Source: Chloroflexota bacterium (GTDB lineage Bacteria; Chloroflexota; Anaerolineae; UBA4142). Taken from it: 64,000 nt of DNA. Where the stretch lies: assembly GCA_037440625.1 (NCBI GenBank), contig JBBITT010000001.1, forward strand, positions 133,913 to 197,912, read 5' to 3'. Below the pieces are notes generated by a model that worked only from the letters and a program-made list of their open reading frames with translations, ran no database searches and had not been told where the DNA came from. Position 1 is the first letter of the stretch, and each line of letters starts with the position of its first letter. The position numbers and the translations under genes are program-made. Of the stretch, positions 24,648-32,859 are shown in pieces.

Positions 24648-25605
24648 ACGGATTTGCCTTGAGATATTCGTACAACGCACTCAGGTCCGTGTCGTCCATC
24701 CGCGATGCGTTCACCCACGGCATTCGCGCCGGAAATGCTTGCCCCGTCGGTTTGACGCCGGTGCGCATCGTTTGAATGAATTGCTCGCGGGTCCACGTGC
24801 CCACGAGTGGGCGCGGATTGGGCACGCCGGCTGGATCAACGTTGCTGGGGGGCGTGCCGGTCATATTGGGACCGTGACAGCCGCGGCATTCGCCAAACGT
24901 GGCGACGTACTTGCCGTACCCGGCGTTCACACCTTTTGCCGGCGCGACAACCGGAATTGGGTTGATTGGATCGGGTGTGGGTAACAGCCCGGCGCCAAAG
25001 AGAATGGCTGCCACCAGATTCAGATCATCACCCCCGTTGGTTTTCGTTTCGACAGCGGGTTGCGAACGCAAGAACGCGATGAGCGCTTTGATGTCGTCAT
25101 CGCTTAATTGGCGGTACGGCATAAATGACATCATCACCGATAGGGTACCATCTTTGGCAATGCCGTGCCGAAGCACGCGGAACAACTCACCATCGGTACG
25201 ATCCTTCAACGCGCCGCCCGGCGTAAGATTGGCAGACACCATTGCGCCAATCGGCAAAGGAATATCGTTGGCGAGATCAAAACCGCCACTCAGTGGAAAT
25301 TCACCTTTATTGCCGTGACAACCGGTGCAACCGATATATGCAATATACTTGCCGCGCGCGATTTGCTCCGGCGTTCCTTCGACTTTGAGATGGGGTGCCG
25401 GTTCTGATGCCGGGAAATATGCCATGGCGATACCTTTCCCAGCCAGAAATGCCACCAGTAGAAATACCAGGGCGAGCAAGCCCGCCAAAATCACACCGGG
25501 CCATTTGACGAACCACCGTTTCGCGCCCCACGCGCGTTTGGCAAGCCAGCCAAACAACACGACGAGCGCGACGAGCACAAGCAAGCCAACCATGTTACCG
25601 AACAT
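24646..25605 (-). CDS. Membrane-anchored dihaem c-type cytochrome
   Basis: Two CxxCH motifs (CTGCH, CRGCH) and two N-terminal TM helices. Confidence 0.8.
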   Translation of the reverse strand: MFGNMVGLLVLVALVVLFGWLAKRAWGAKRWFVKWPGVILAGLLALVFLLVAFLAGKGIAMAYFPASEPAPHLKVEGTPEQIARGKYIAYIGCTGCHGNKGEFPLSGGFDLANDIPLPIGAMVSANLTPGGALKDRTDGELFRVLRHGIAKDGTLSVMMSFMPYRQLSDDDIKALIAFLRSQPAVETKTNGGDDLNLVAAILFGAGLLPTPDPINPIPVVAPAKGVNAGYGKYVATFGECRGCHGPNMTGTPPSNVDPAGVPNPRPLVGTWTREQFIQTMRTGVKPTGQAFPARMPWVNASRMDDTDLSALYEYLKANP

Positions 25606-25650
25606 TGTTCTCCCTCCCCAGAGAATTTTTTCTTACGCTACCCACAACGA

Positions 25651-26166
25651 TTAGAGATAGCGTGCCAGCGACATGCCTAACAATGCCGCAATCATCAACA
25701 CAGCCACAATGCGTCCACCTTGACGGAGTTTCTCTTGCAACGCTTGCAGGTGCGCCAATTTCTCCGGCGCCGGGGGTCCCCCGGCCGCCGCGATTTCCTT
25801 GCCCAGCGCTGACATCTGCGCCACCGCACGCGCGTTCACTCCAAACCCAACGATGGCGGCAAGTAAACCGCACAGTCCGCCCAACGTGAAAGTGATTCCT
25901 GTGCCGGTGGTGATCCATACCCACTGCAGCCCGCCGGAATCGCGCCAATACAACAAGCCCCCCGCGAGCACATTCGCAATTGCTGCGATACTCATGGTAT
26001 GCGCAAAACCACTTTGCCCGGCAAAGCGTTGCATAAATTTGCCGCCGTCCGGTCCTAACGCGCGAACGGTGGGTTCGATATATCCGGCGAGCATCAATAC
26101 ACCTCCCGCCCAAACCACGCCTCCCAAGATGTGCAAAAGGCGCAGCCCAAGCACAACGATATCCAT
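25651..26166 (-). CDS. Integral membrane protein (DUF2269/CopD-like, weak)
   Basis: LRLLHILGGVVWAGG in the first helix. 4 TM helices plus an amphipathic insert. Confidence 0.5.
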   Translation of the reverse strand: MDIVVLGLRLLHILGGVVWAGGVLMLAGYIEPTVRALGPDGGKFMQRFAGQSGFAHTMSIAAIANVLAGGLLYWRDSGGLQWVWITTGTGITFTLGGLCGLLAAIVGFGVNARAVAQMSALGKEIAAAGGPPAPEKLAHLQALQEKLRQGGRIVAVLMIAALLGMSLARYL

Positions 26167-26176
26167 TGTTTACCTC

Positions 26177-26617
26177 CTAAGGTTTTGAATTTTGGCGGAC
26201 GCGCCATCCCAACACTAGCCCATAGATGACGTGCGCCAATCCAAAATGGATCAAGGAAATTTCAGCCAGCGGCGAACGACGGCTGGGTAACAACACACCT
26301 TCCGCCAGGATGGAAAGCGCAATGCCGTATCCCAGTCCAACGAAGACTGCCGGCACGTTCAAACGTCGCACATACTTCCAAGCGATACCGAACATTGCGC
26401 CATACACTCCCGAAACGGCAAGGTGCAACAGTGTGCCGAGGAACGGCGACGCACCGTCCGGATCAAATCGTGCTAGGACGGCAATTCCTTCGCCAGCGAT
26501 GAGGTTCACAACGACCAAATATGCCGCCATCGCTCCGCCTGCCACGACTCCGCCCAGCAAACCATCCACTGCCGCATCGCCTATCGGGCTGTGACTTGCT
26601 GTCATCTGTTTCATCAT
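26177..26617 (-). CDS. Hypothetical membrane protein
   Basis: 146 aa, 4 glycine-rich TM helices. GAGGAG RBS upstream of the ATG at 26617. Confidence 0.5.
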   Translation of the reverse strand: MMKQMTASHSPIGDAAVDGLLGGVVAGGAMAAYLVVVNLIAGEGIAVLARFDPDGASPFLGTLLHLAVSGVYGAMFGIAWKYVRRLNVPAVFVGLGYGIALSILAEGVLLPSRRSPLAEISLIHFGLAHVIYGLVLGWRVRQNSKP

Positions 26618-26646
26618 CGCTCCTCGCTATCCCGATCTTCAATGCC

Positions 26647-26691
26647 AATTTACCTCACGATCGTTCCGGTATCGTTACGAAAAGCGTTACG
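26647..26691 (-). promoter_or_regulatory. Triple-heptamer direct repeat plus TAAATT -10-like hexamer (candidate SARP operator/promoter), site B
   Basis: Plus strand: CGTTCCG 26662-68, CGTTACG 26673-79, CGTTACG 26685-91 (spacing 11 and 12 nt). TAAATT on the minus strand (26647-52) lies 9 nt beyond. The ATG at 26617 is ~30 nt further. Confidence 0.55.
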
Positions 26692-26777
26692 AAAGAATGG
26701 GTTTGCTCGTTGGTTAGGGCGCATGCCGCAACGGCGAACCCCATTAACAAATTATCAACCATCGAACAGACCCACCC

Positions 26778-26807
26778 TAGACAATGTTTGTCTACTTGCG
26801 TTATAAT
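26778..26807 (+). promoter_or_regulatory. Candidate sigma-70 promoter giving a leaderless SARP transcript
   Basis: TAGACA-18 nt-TATAAT. The ATG at 26815 starts 7 nt after the -10 and has no Shine-Dalgarno. Confidence 0.45.
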
Positions 26808-26814
26808 TCCGGCA

Positions 26815-29688
26815 ATGTTCAGTTTGGTCTTGTTTGGCACCCCGCACCTTGAGCGCAAAGGCAAGGCGATTGACTTTGACACCCGCAAAGCCATCGCACT
26901 TTTGGCGTACCTCGCCGTGACCCGGCAAAGCCACAGCCGCGACACGCTTGCCGCGCTCTTTTACCCCGATGCCGATCAGACTCGCGCACGCGCCTCGTTA
27001 CGTCGCACCCTCTCAACCCTCAACGCCGAACTGGATGCCGGTATGCTTGAAATTGATCGCGAGACGATTGGGTTGAACCGGCGCGCCGCGCTCACCGTTG
27101 ACGTGGTCGAGTTTGAGCGCATTAACAATGAATGTGGCAAGCACAATCATTCCGACGCTCATCTGTGCGACCAATGCGTCCAACTCTTGCAGCACGCCGC
27201 CGAGTTGTATCGCGGCGATTTTATGGCGGGCTTTAATCTACGCGCCAGTCCCAACTTTGACGATTGGCAATTTTTCACCGCCGAAAATTTGCGTCGCCAG
27301 ATCGCCGGCATCTTGGAAAAATTGGTGAGTTATTACAGCGATCAACAGATGTACGCCCCCGCCATCGAATATGCGCGACGCTGGCTCGCGCTGGATCCCT
27401 TGCACGAACCGGCGCATCGTCAACTGATCCAGTTGTACGCCTTGCATCATCAACGCGCGGCGGCGCTCCGCCAATATCACGAATGCGTTCGCATCCTCAA
27501 GCAAGAATTGGGCGTCGCCCCCTTGGAAGAAACAACCCGCTTGTTTGATCAAGTGCGGGATAATCGCTTGGTGCCGACCAAAAGCCGGTGGAACGAGATT
27601 CCCGTCAGAGGAACCGCAACGGCTGATCGTCAATGGCCGGCTGAAAAATATCCGTTCGTGGGGCGCGCCCACGAACTAGGCGCTCTGCAACACGTTTACA
27701 CCAGCCTTCGCGCGGATGGCTATTTGATCGCCATCGAAGGCGAAGCCGGCATTGGCAAAACCCGGCTCGCCGAAGAATTTTTGAATGCGCTCCCAGCCGA
27801 TACCGTTGTTTTACGCGGCCGCGCCTACGAAGGTGAAACCAATCTGGCGTACGGTATCTTTATCGAAGCGTTGCGAGTGTTGATTGATCAGCAACCTTTG
27901 CGCAGAAAAATCCCCCCGGCGTGGCTGGGTCAAGTGGCGCGGCTGGTGCCGGAAATCGGCGATGCGCCGGCATTGACGCCGCTCAACACTCCCACCGCGC
28001 GAGGTCAATTTTTTGAAGGAATCAGCCAAACGATCTTGGCGCTCACACGCAACCATCATCCCGGCATTCTCTTTCTCGATGATCTGCAATGGGCAGACAG
28101 TGCCTCGCTCGAACTGTTGGCGTATCTGGTTCAACGGTTGCGTGGACGATCCTTGTGCTTCCTCGCCACGTGGCGCACCGAACACGGCGCCGCAATCGAA
28201 CCATTACGCCGCATGGTTGCGCAAGCGCAACGTGCCCAGCACGCTTTGTTGATGACCTTGACCCGTTTGACGCCAACCGCGATTACTCAACTGGTCGCTT
28301 CGATTGTGGGCGAGGCGGCAACGATTACCCAACACATCAGCACCCGCCTGCATACCGAAACAGAAGGTCTGCCATTTTTTGTCATCGAATATCTGAACGC
28401 TCTAGATCGAGGCAACGCCGAGGTCATGGATTGGTCGCTGCCCAACGGTGTGCGCGATTTGTTGCACGCACGTCTCGCCATCGCGAGTGAAACCGGTAAG
28501 CAAGTGTTGAACGCGGCGGCGGTGATTGGCCGTTCATTCGATTTTGAAATTTTGCGCGAGGTGAGCGGGCGCACTGAGGATGAGACGATCCGCGCCATCG
28601 AAGAGTTGATGGCGCAAGGTTTGATCAAAGAAATCGCCGCCGAAAATCTGCGGTACGATTTTGCGCACGAGAAATTGCGCGAGTTGGCATACGCGGAAAC
28701 GAGCGCGGCGCGACGGCGCTTGTTGCATCGTCGTGTTGCTGAGGTATTGGTGAATCGGGGGCGTGCGCGGCGTGAGATAGGCGTGTGGGCCAATCAGATC
28801 GCGCGGCATTATCAACTTGCGGGGGAGGAGGCTCACGCCGCCGAATATTTCAAACTCGCTGGCGATCACGCACGAATGTTGTATGCTAACGCCGAAGCAC
28901 TGGTGCATTATCGCGCTGCGCTGTCGCTGGGTCATCCCAATGAGGCGGTCTTGCACGAATCAATCGGCGATGTGCAAACCTTGTTGGGCGATTATGCTGG
29001 CGCGCTTGCCAGTTACGCCACGGCGGCGACGCTCTGTCTGCCGGATGCACTCGCGCGCATCGAACACAAACGTGGCAATGTGCAACATCGGCGCGGCGAG
29101 TACGCGCTGGCAATGAGTCATTTTCAAATCACCCTCCATACCTTCGTCGAACAGACTGCCCCGGCGGAACGCGCCCGCTTGTTTGCGGATTGGAGTCTGG
29201 CGATGCACGCGTTGGGACAAGAGGATCGCGCGCAGGCCATGGCTTCCCGCGCACTGACGTTGGCGGAAACCGCACACGATATTTTTGCGTTGGCACAGGC
29301 GCACAATATTCTGGGAATTCTCGCGCGCCATCGGGACGATCCGCATCAGGCGCGTTATCATCTGGAGCAAAGTTGTGCCATCGCCGAAACATTGTCCGAT
29401 CCAAGTGTCCGTATTGCCGCGCTGAATAATCTGGCACTCGTCTGCCGCGATACGAACGAAATCGAACGGGCGATCAAACTGACTGAAACGTCGCTAGCGT
29501 TGTGTGTCACGCAAGGGGATCGGCATCACCAAGCGGCGTTGCACAACAACCTCGCCGATTTGTTGCACGGGATCGGCAGAGATTCAGAAGCGATGAGGCA
29601 CCTGGAGCAAAGTGTTGCCATCTTGGCAGATATTGGCGCCGATGCGACCACGCTGCAACCGGAGATTTGGAAACTGGTCGAGTGGTAG
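26815..29688 (+). CDS. SARP/BTAD-family transcriptional activator fused to AAA (STAND) ATPase and TPR repeats
   Basis: Start moved to MFSLVLFGTPHLE. The OmpR-like wHTH plus BTAD is marked by KAIALLAYLAV, LYRGDFMAG and HRQLIQLY. Walker A is GEAGIGKT and the C-terminal half is TPR-like. Confidence 0.85.
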   Translation: MFSLVLFGTPHLERKGKAIDFDTRKAIALLAYLAVTRQSHSRDTLAALFYPDADQTRARASLRRTLSTLNAELDAGMLEIDRETIGLNRRAALTVDVVEFERINNECGKHNHSDAHLCDQCVQLLQHAAELYRGDFMAGFNLRASPNFDDWQFFTAENLRRQIAGILEKLVSYYSDQQMYAPAIEYARRWLALDPLHEPAHRQLIQLYALHHQRAAALRQYHECVRILKQELGVAPLEETTRLFDQVRDNRLVPTKSRWNEIPVRGTATADRQWPAEKYPFVGRAHELGALQHVYTSLRADGYLIAIEGEAGIGKTRLAEEFLNALPADTVVLRGRAYEGETNLAYGIFIEALRVLIDQQPLRRKIPPAWLGQVARLVPEIGDAPALTPLNTPTARGQFFEGISQTILALTRNHHPGILFLDDLQWADSASLELLAYLVQRLRGRSLCFLATWRTEHGAAIEPLRRMVAQAQRAQHALLMTLTRLTPTAITQLVASIVGEAATITQHISTRLHTETEGLPFFVIEYLNALDRGNAEVMDWSLPNGVRDLLHARLAIASETGKQVLNAAAVIGRSFDFEILREVSGRTEDETIRAIEELMAQGLIKEIAAENLRYDFAHEKLRELAYAETSAARRRLLHRRVAEVLVNRGRARREIGVWANQIARHYQLAGEEAHAAEYFKLAGDHARMLYANAEALVHYRAALSLGHPNEAVLHESIGDVQTLLGDYAGALASYATAATLCLPDALARIEHKRGNVQHRRGEYALAMSHFQITLHTFVEQTAPAERARLFADWSLAMHALGQEDRAQAMASRALTLAETAHDIFALAQAHNILGILARHRDDPHQARYHLEQSCAIAETLSDPSVRIAALNNLALVCRDTNEIERAIKLTETSLALCVTQGDRHHQAALHNNLADLLHGIGRDSEAMRHLEQSVAILADIGADATTLQPEIWKLVEW

Positions 29689-29699
29689 AGGGGCGATGG

Positions 29700-29735
29700 A
29701 AATGCCGGGAGATTGCTCCCGGCATTTTTATTTTT
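29700..29735 (+). terminator. Intrinsic terminator after the SARP gene
   Basis: 12-bp stem AAATGCCGGGAG/CTCCCGGCATTT with a 4-nt loop, then TTATTTTT. Confidence 0.75.
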
Positions 29736-31287
29736 GAATCAACGGCAGGAAACTGAATCGGTTCAGCGGGGTGGAGAAAATGGCGGTAATCGTCTTGTTG
29801 GAGTTCATCGTTACGTTAGCGGGGTTTGTGGTGCCAGATAGATCACCACTCCAAAGGAAGAAGAAATAACCGCTGTTCGCCGTTGCGGTCAAGGTTACCG
29901 TGGTCCCGGCATTATACTGGGTACCATTGCAATTGGGCGCCGGGTTGGCGCTGACACTCCCGCCACCATTTGGGCTGGCGGTCTTGGTCAACGTATAGCA
30001 TTGCACGACAAAGTTGGCAGTGACACTCTGGTTGGCGTTCATCGTTATCGTTGTGGGATTGGCACTGCCGCTCGCATCGCCGCTCCAACTGCTAAACGCG
30101 TAACCCAGGTTGGGATTTGCCGTCAGCGTAACGACCGTGCCAGCGGAATATTGTGTGCCGTTGCAGTTGGGGGATGGATTGGCGTTCACGCTCCCCGTGC
30201 CGCCGGGATTGACGCCAGTCGTCAAGGTGTAACACGAAGCGGGCTGCCAGCCAATATCTTTCATGATTCCATTTGTGACCGGACCGGGATCGTGAATGGA
30301 CGAGCCCGAAGAAATCGCGTACACCATCAAACGATTGATGGTGTAACGATAGGTATTGTAATCGAGGTGTGAATAACTAGAGCCAGATGACCATGATGAT
30401 GGGGCATAGAGCGGCACACGCGAACCACCATTCGCGGCGTTGGCATTCGTGCCGCTAAAATACACGGCGTTGCTTTTGAGTGCGTTGCCCAGCGCTAGCG
30501 AGGGATTGGGATAAAGGCCGGTGTTCAGCAAACTGTTTCCCGCTGAATCTTGCGCAAAGCGGTCGTAACTCGTCGGATAGCCCGTAGCCCATCCCCAACA
30601 ACCGTATCCACTGATGCCGTTGCATTCGCTATAACCGGTCTCGACCTCCATTGAACCCAAGAATCCCAAACCGTGCCCAATTTCGTGCAAGGCGACAGTG
30701 ACCAAATCATACTGTCCGGCGGGGGTGGCGCCATCCGTCCCATAGTACCAACTAAACGTACTACTCAAAGCAAGATAGATTTCTGCGGTTGAGCCATTAA
30801 GGTCGGAACCACTCCGTGAGTTTGCCAACGCCACGGCATACCATGTATTAGCAACCGGGGCTCCTGTAAAGTTGCGATAAAAACCTAATGCGCCGCCATG
30901 CCCCAGCACCCCGCCGGGCAAGTTCGTCGCCCAGCACGCATCAATCGTTACCGGCACCGGCGAATACAGCAAGGCCGCCCAAATGCTGGCGGCGTACGCA
31001 AAGGCGGATTGCGCTTGAGGCGACCACGACGTGCATACATCACCCCAGCGGGGTGTCGGAGAAAAATTGACGTTGACCGCCATCATCGGGGCGCGTGTTG
31101 TAGAGGAGAACGCGGGTGCGGGAATGCGTACCGTATCCACGTTGGAATCGGCAAGGACTTGAACAGGGCGACGGGGGAGGGCAGCTTGGGTCGCCGGCGC
31201 AGCAACCGATGTGGGCGGACTTGGATTCAACCCCCAACCCATGCCGAGGACAACCAATGCGACCAATACTTTGGAAAACCAGCGCAT
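29728..31287 (-). CDS. Secreted zinc metalloprotease (HExxHxxG) with two tandem InlB-B-repeat-like C-terminal domains
   Basis: Start moved to MRWFSKVLVALVVLG (signal peptide). VALHEIGHGLGF is the zinc motif. Two ~80-aa repeats read NCNGTQY.AGT.VTLTA...GY.F..WSGD.SG..NP..(I/V)TMN.N...TA.F. Confidence 0.7.
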   Translation of the reverse strand: MRWFSKVLVALVVLGMGWGLNPSPPTSVAAPATQAALPRRPVQVLADSNVDTVRIPAPAFSSTTRAPMMAVNVNFSPTPRWGDVCTSWSPQAQSAFAYAASIWAALLYSPVPVTIDACWATNLPGGVLGHGGALGFYRNFTGAPVANTWYAVALANSRSGSDLNGSTAEIYLALSSTFSWYYGTDGATPAGQYDLVTVALHEIGHGLGFLGSMEVETGYSECNGISGYGCWGWATGYPTSYDRFAQDSAGNSLLNTGLYPNPSLALGNALKSNAVYFSGTNANAANGGSRVPLYAPSSWSSGSSYSHLDYNTYRYTINRLMVYAISSGSSIHDPGPVTNGIMKDIGWQPASCYTLTTGVNPGGTGSVNANPSPNCNGTQYSAGTVVTLTANPNLGYAFSSWSGDASGSANPTTITMNANQSVTANFVVQCYTLTKTASPNGGGSVSANPAPNCNGTQYNAGTTVTLTATANSGYFFFLWSGDLSGTTNPANVTMNSNKTITAIFSTPLNRFSFLPLIQK

Positions 31288-31465
31288 GCCCAACTCCAAT
31301 TTTTCAGTGAATCCAATCATCGCCAGTAGTGCACCAACATGAAAGTGCGTAGTGGAAACTTGATACTTGGCCGTCTCGGTAACCATTTTTCCATCGGTCT
31401 GGTACGCAACTATTTCATGTTGTTGCACTAGTATAGCACAAGGCAAGCAAACGCAGAATAGTACT

Positions 31466-31495
31466 TTGCGCCGATGGCTAGATGTTTGGTATAAT
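31466..31495 (+). promoter_or_regulatory. Candidate sigma-70 promoter for the SIS-isomerase gene
   Basis: TTGCGC-18 nt-TGgTATAAT (extended -10), ~20 nt upstream of the ATG at 31515, which has a GGAGG RBS. Confidence 0.5.
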
Positions 31496-31514
31496 CCAAG
31501 TACGGAGGCAACCC

Positions 31515-32078
31515 ATGAATTCAATCCAAGACTATGTGGAAACCGAAATGCGCTTGCTCAACCAGATCGCGTTCGATCGGGTGGATCAAGTGATCGCCAA
31601 ACTCGAAGCCGCGCGCGTACAGGGCCAGCGCATCTTTTTGTTTGGCAATGGCGGCAGTGCGTCCACCGCCTCACACTTTGCGTGTGATCTTGGTAAAGGC
31701 ACCATCAAACCGAATCGTCCGCGCTTCAAAGTGATTGCGCTCAACGATGCGATGCCGGTGCTGACGGCGTATGCCAACGATGTGGGCTACGACGCCGTCT
31801 TTGCCGAGCCGCTGATCACTCACGCCGAGCGCGGCGATATTGCGATTGCCTTCAGCGGGAGCGGCAACTCGCCGAATGTTGTGCGCGCCATGGAAACGGC
31901 GGGGAAACTAGGGCTGGTAACGATTGGGTTCACCGGTTTTGAAGGGGGCAAACTCAAAGATTACGTGGAGCTGCACATCAACGTCCCATCGCCGTTGATG
32001 CCACAAATCGAAGACGTGCACTTGATGCTCACGCACGCAATTTGCGAGATGTTGAAGTTGGAGCATCCGCCGCATTAA
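31515..32078 (+). CDS. gmhA: SIS-domain D-sedoheptulose-7-phosphate isomerase
   Basis: RIFLFGNGGSASTASHFACDLGKG and AFSGSGNSPNV. ATG at 31515 with GGAGG RBS. Confidence 0.7.
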   Translation: MNSIQDYVETEMRLLNQIAFDRVDQVIAKLEAARVQGQRIFLFGNGGSASTASHFACDLGKGTIKPNRPRFKVIALNDAMPVLTAYANDVGYDAVFAEPLITHAERGDIAIAFSGSGNSPNVVRAMETAGKLGLVTIGFTGFEGGKLKDYVELHINVPSPLMPQIEDVHLMLTHAICEMLKLEHPPH

Positions 32079-32859
32079 GCCACGCTCCAAGTTCGCCGAT
32101 GTTTTCAAAGACGTAATCCGGCGTGATGGGCGCGTGCGCCAACTGTTCGCGCCGCGTAACGCCGGTCAAAACAAGTGCGGTGCGCGCGCCAGCGGCGTGC
32201 CCCATCACAATGTCGGTTTCTAAGCGATCCCCCACCACCAGACATTCGTCGGCGCGTACCTTGATCTGTGCCAAGCCGGTTTGAATCATCAACGGCGAGG
32301 GTTTGCCGGCAACAAACTCGACCTTTTTCCCGGTTGTGGCTTCCAGCGCGGCGATGATGCCAGCACAATCCGGAATTTCGCCGCCAGCCACCGGGCACGA
32401 CTTGTCCGCGTTTGTCGCAACAAAATGCGCGTGGTGGAACTTGATCGCCTGAAACGCAACCTTCAATTTGCGATAATCGAACGTGCGGTCAAACGCGGCG
32501 ATGACGTACTCGATCTGGCTGGGTTCATCGGTCAAGCCCAAACCAGCGCGCTGCAACTCGTCAAGCAAGGGCGGCTCGCCGATGACAAACACCCGCGCGC
32601 GCGGGGCGTGCTGTTGAAAGTAATGGATCAGTACGGTGACAGAGGTCATCACCTCAGCGGGCAAGGTGGGGATGCCAAGCCGGGTAAGTTTCTGCGCATA
32701 TGCACTTGCCGGTTCAAGCGGCTTGTTGGAAATGAACAACGTTTTCGCCCCGCGCGCGCGAATCGCCGCCATGGTTTCCACCGCACCGGGCAACGCGTGA
32801 TCGCCGAGGTAAACCGTACCGTCCAGATCGAAGATGAAACCGTGAAATGAGTTGTTCAT
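32029..32859 (-). CDS. HAD-IIA family hydrolase (NagD-like sugar phosphatase)
   Basis: FIFDLDGTVYLG, FISNK and VVGDRLETDIVMG. Confidence 0.8.
   Translation of the reverse strand: MNNSFHGFIFDLDGTVYLGDHALPGAVETMAAIRARGAKTLFISNKPLEPASAYAQKLTRLGIPTLPAEVMTSVTVLIHYFQQHAPRARVFVIGEPPLLDELQRAGLGLTDEPSQIEYVIAAFDRTFDYRKLKVAFQAIKFHHAHFVATNADKSCPVAGGEIPDCAGIIAALEATTGKKVEFVAGKPSPLMIQTGLAQIKVRADECLVVGDRLETDIVMGHAAGARTALVLTGVTRREQLAHAPITPDYVFENIGELGAWLNAADAPTSTSRKLRA

Noticed and set aside
26521-26814. 98-aa N-terminal extension of the SARP ORF
   Set aside because: It overlaps the divergent membrane gene and the heptamer/promoter region. SARP homology begins at MFSLVLFG (26815), right after a TATAAT.
31288-31524. 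79-aa N-terminal extension of the metalloprotease ORF
   Set aside because: The extension crosses the divergent gmhA promoter. The internal Met begins a canonical signal peptide.
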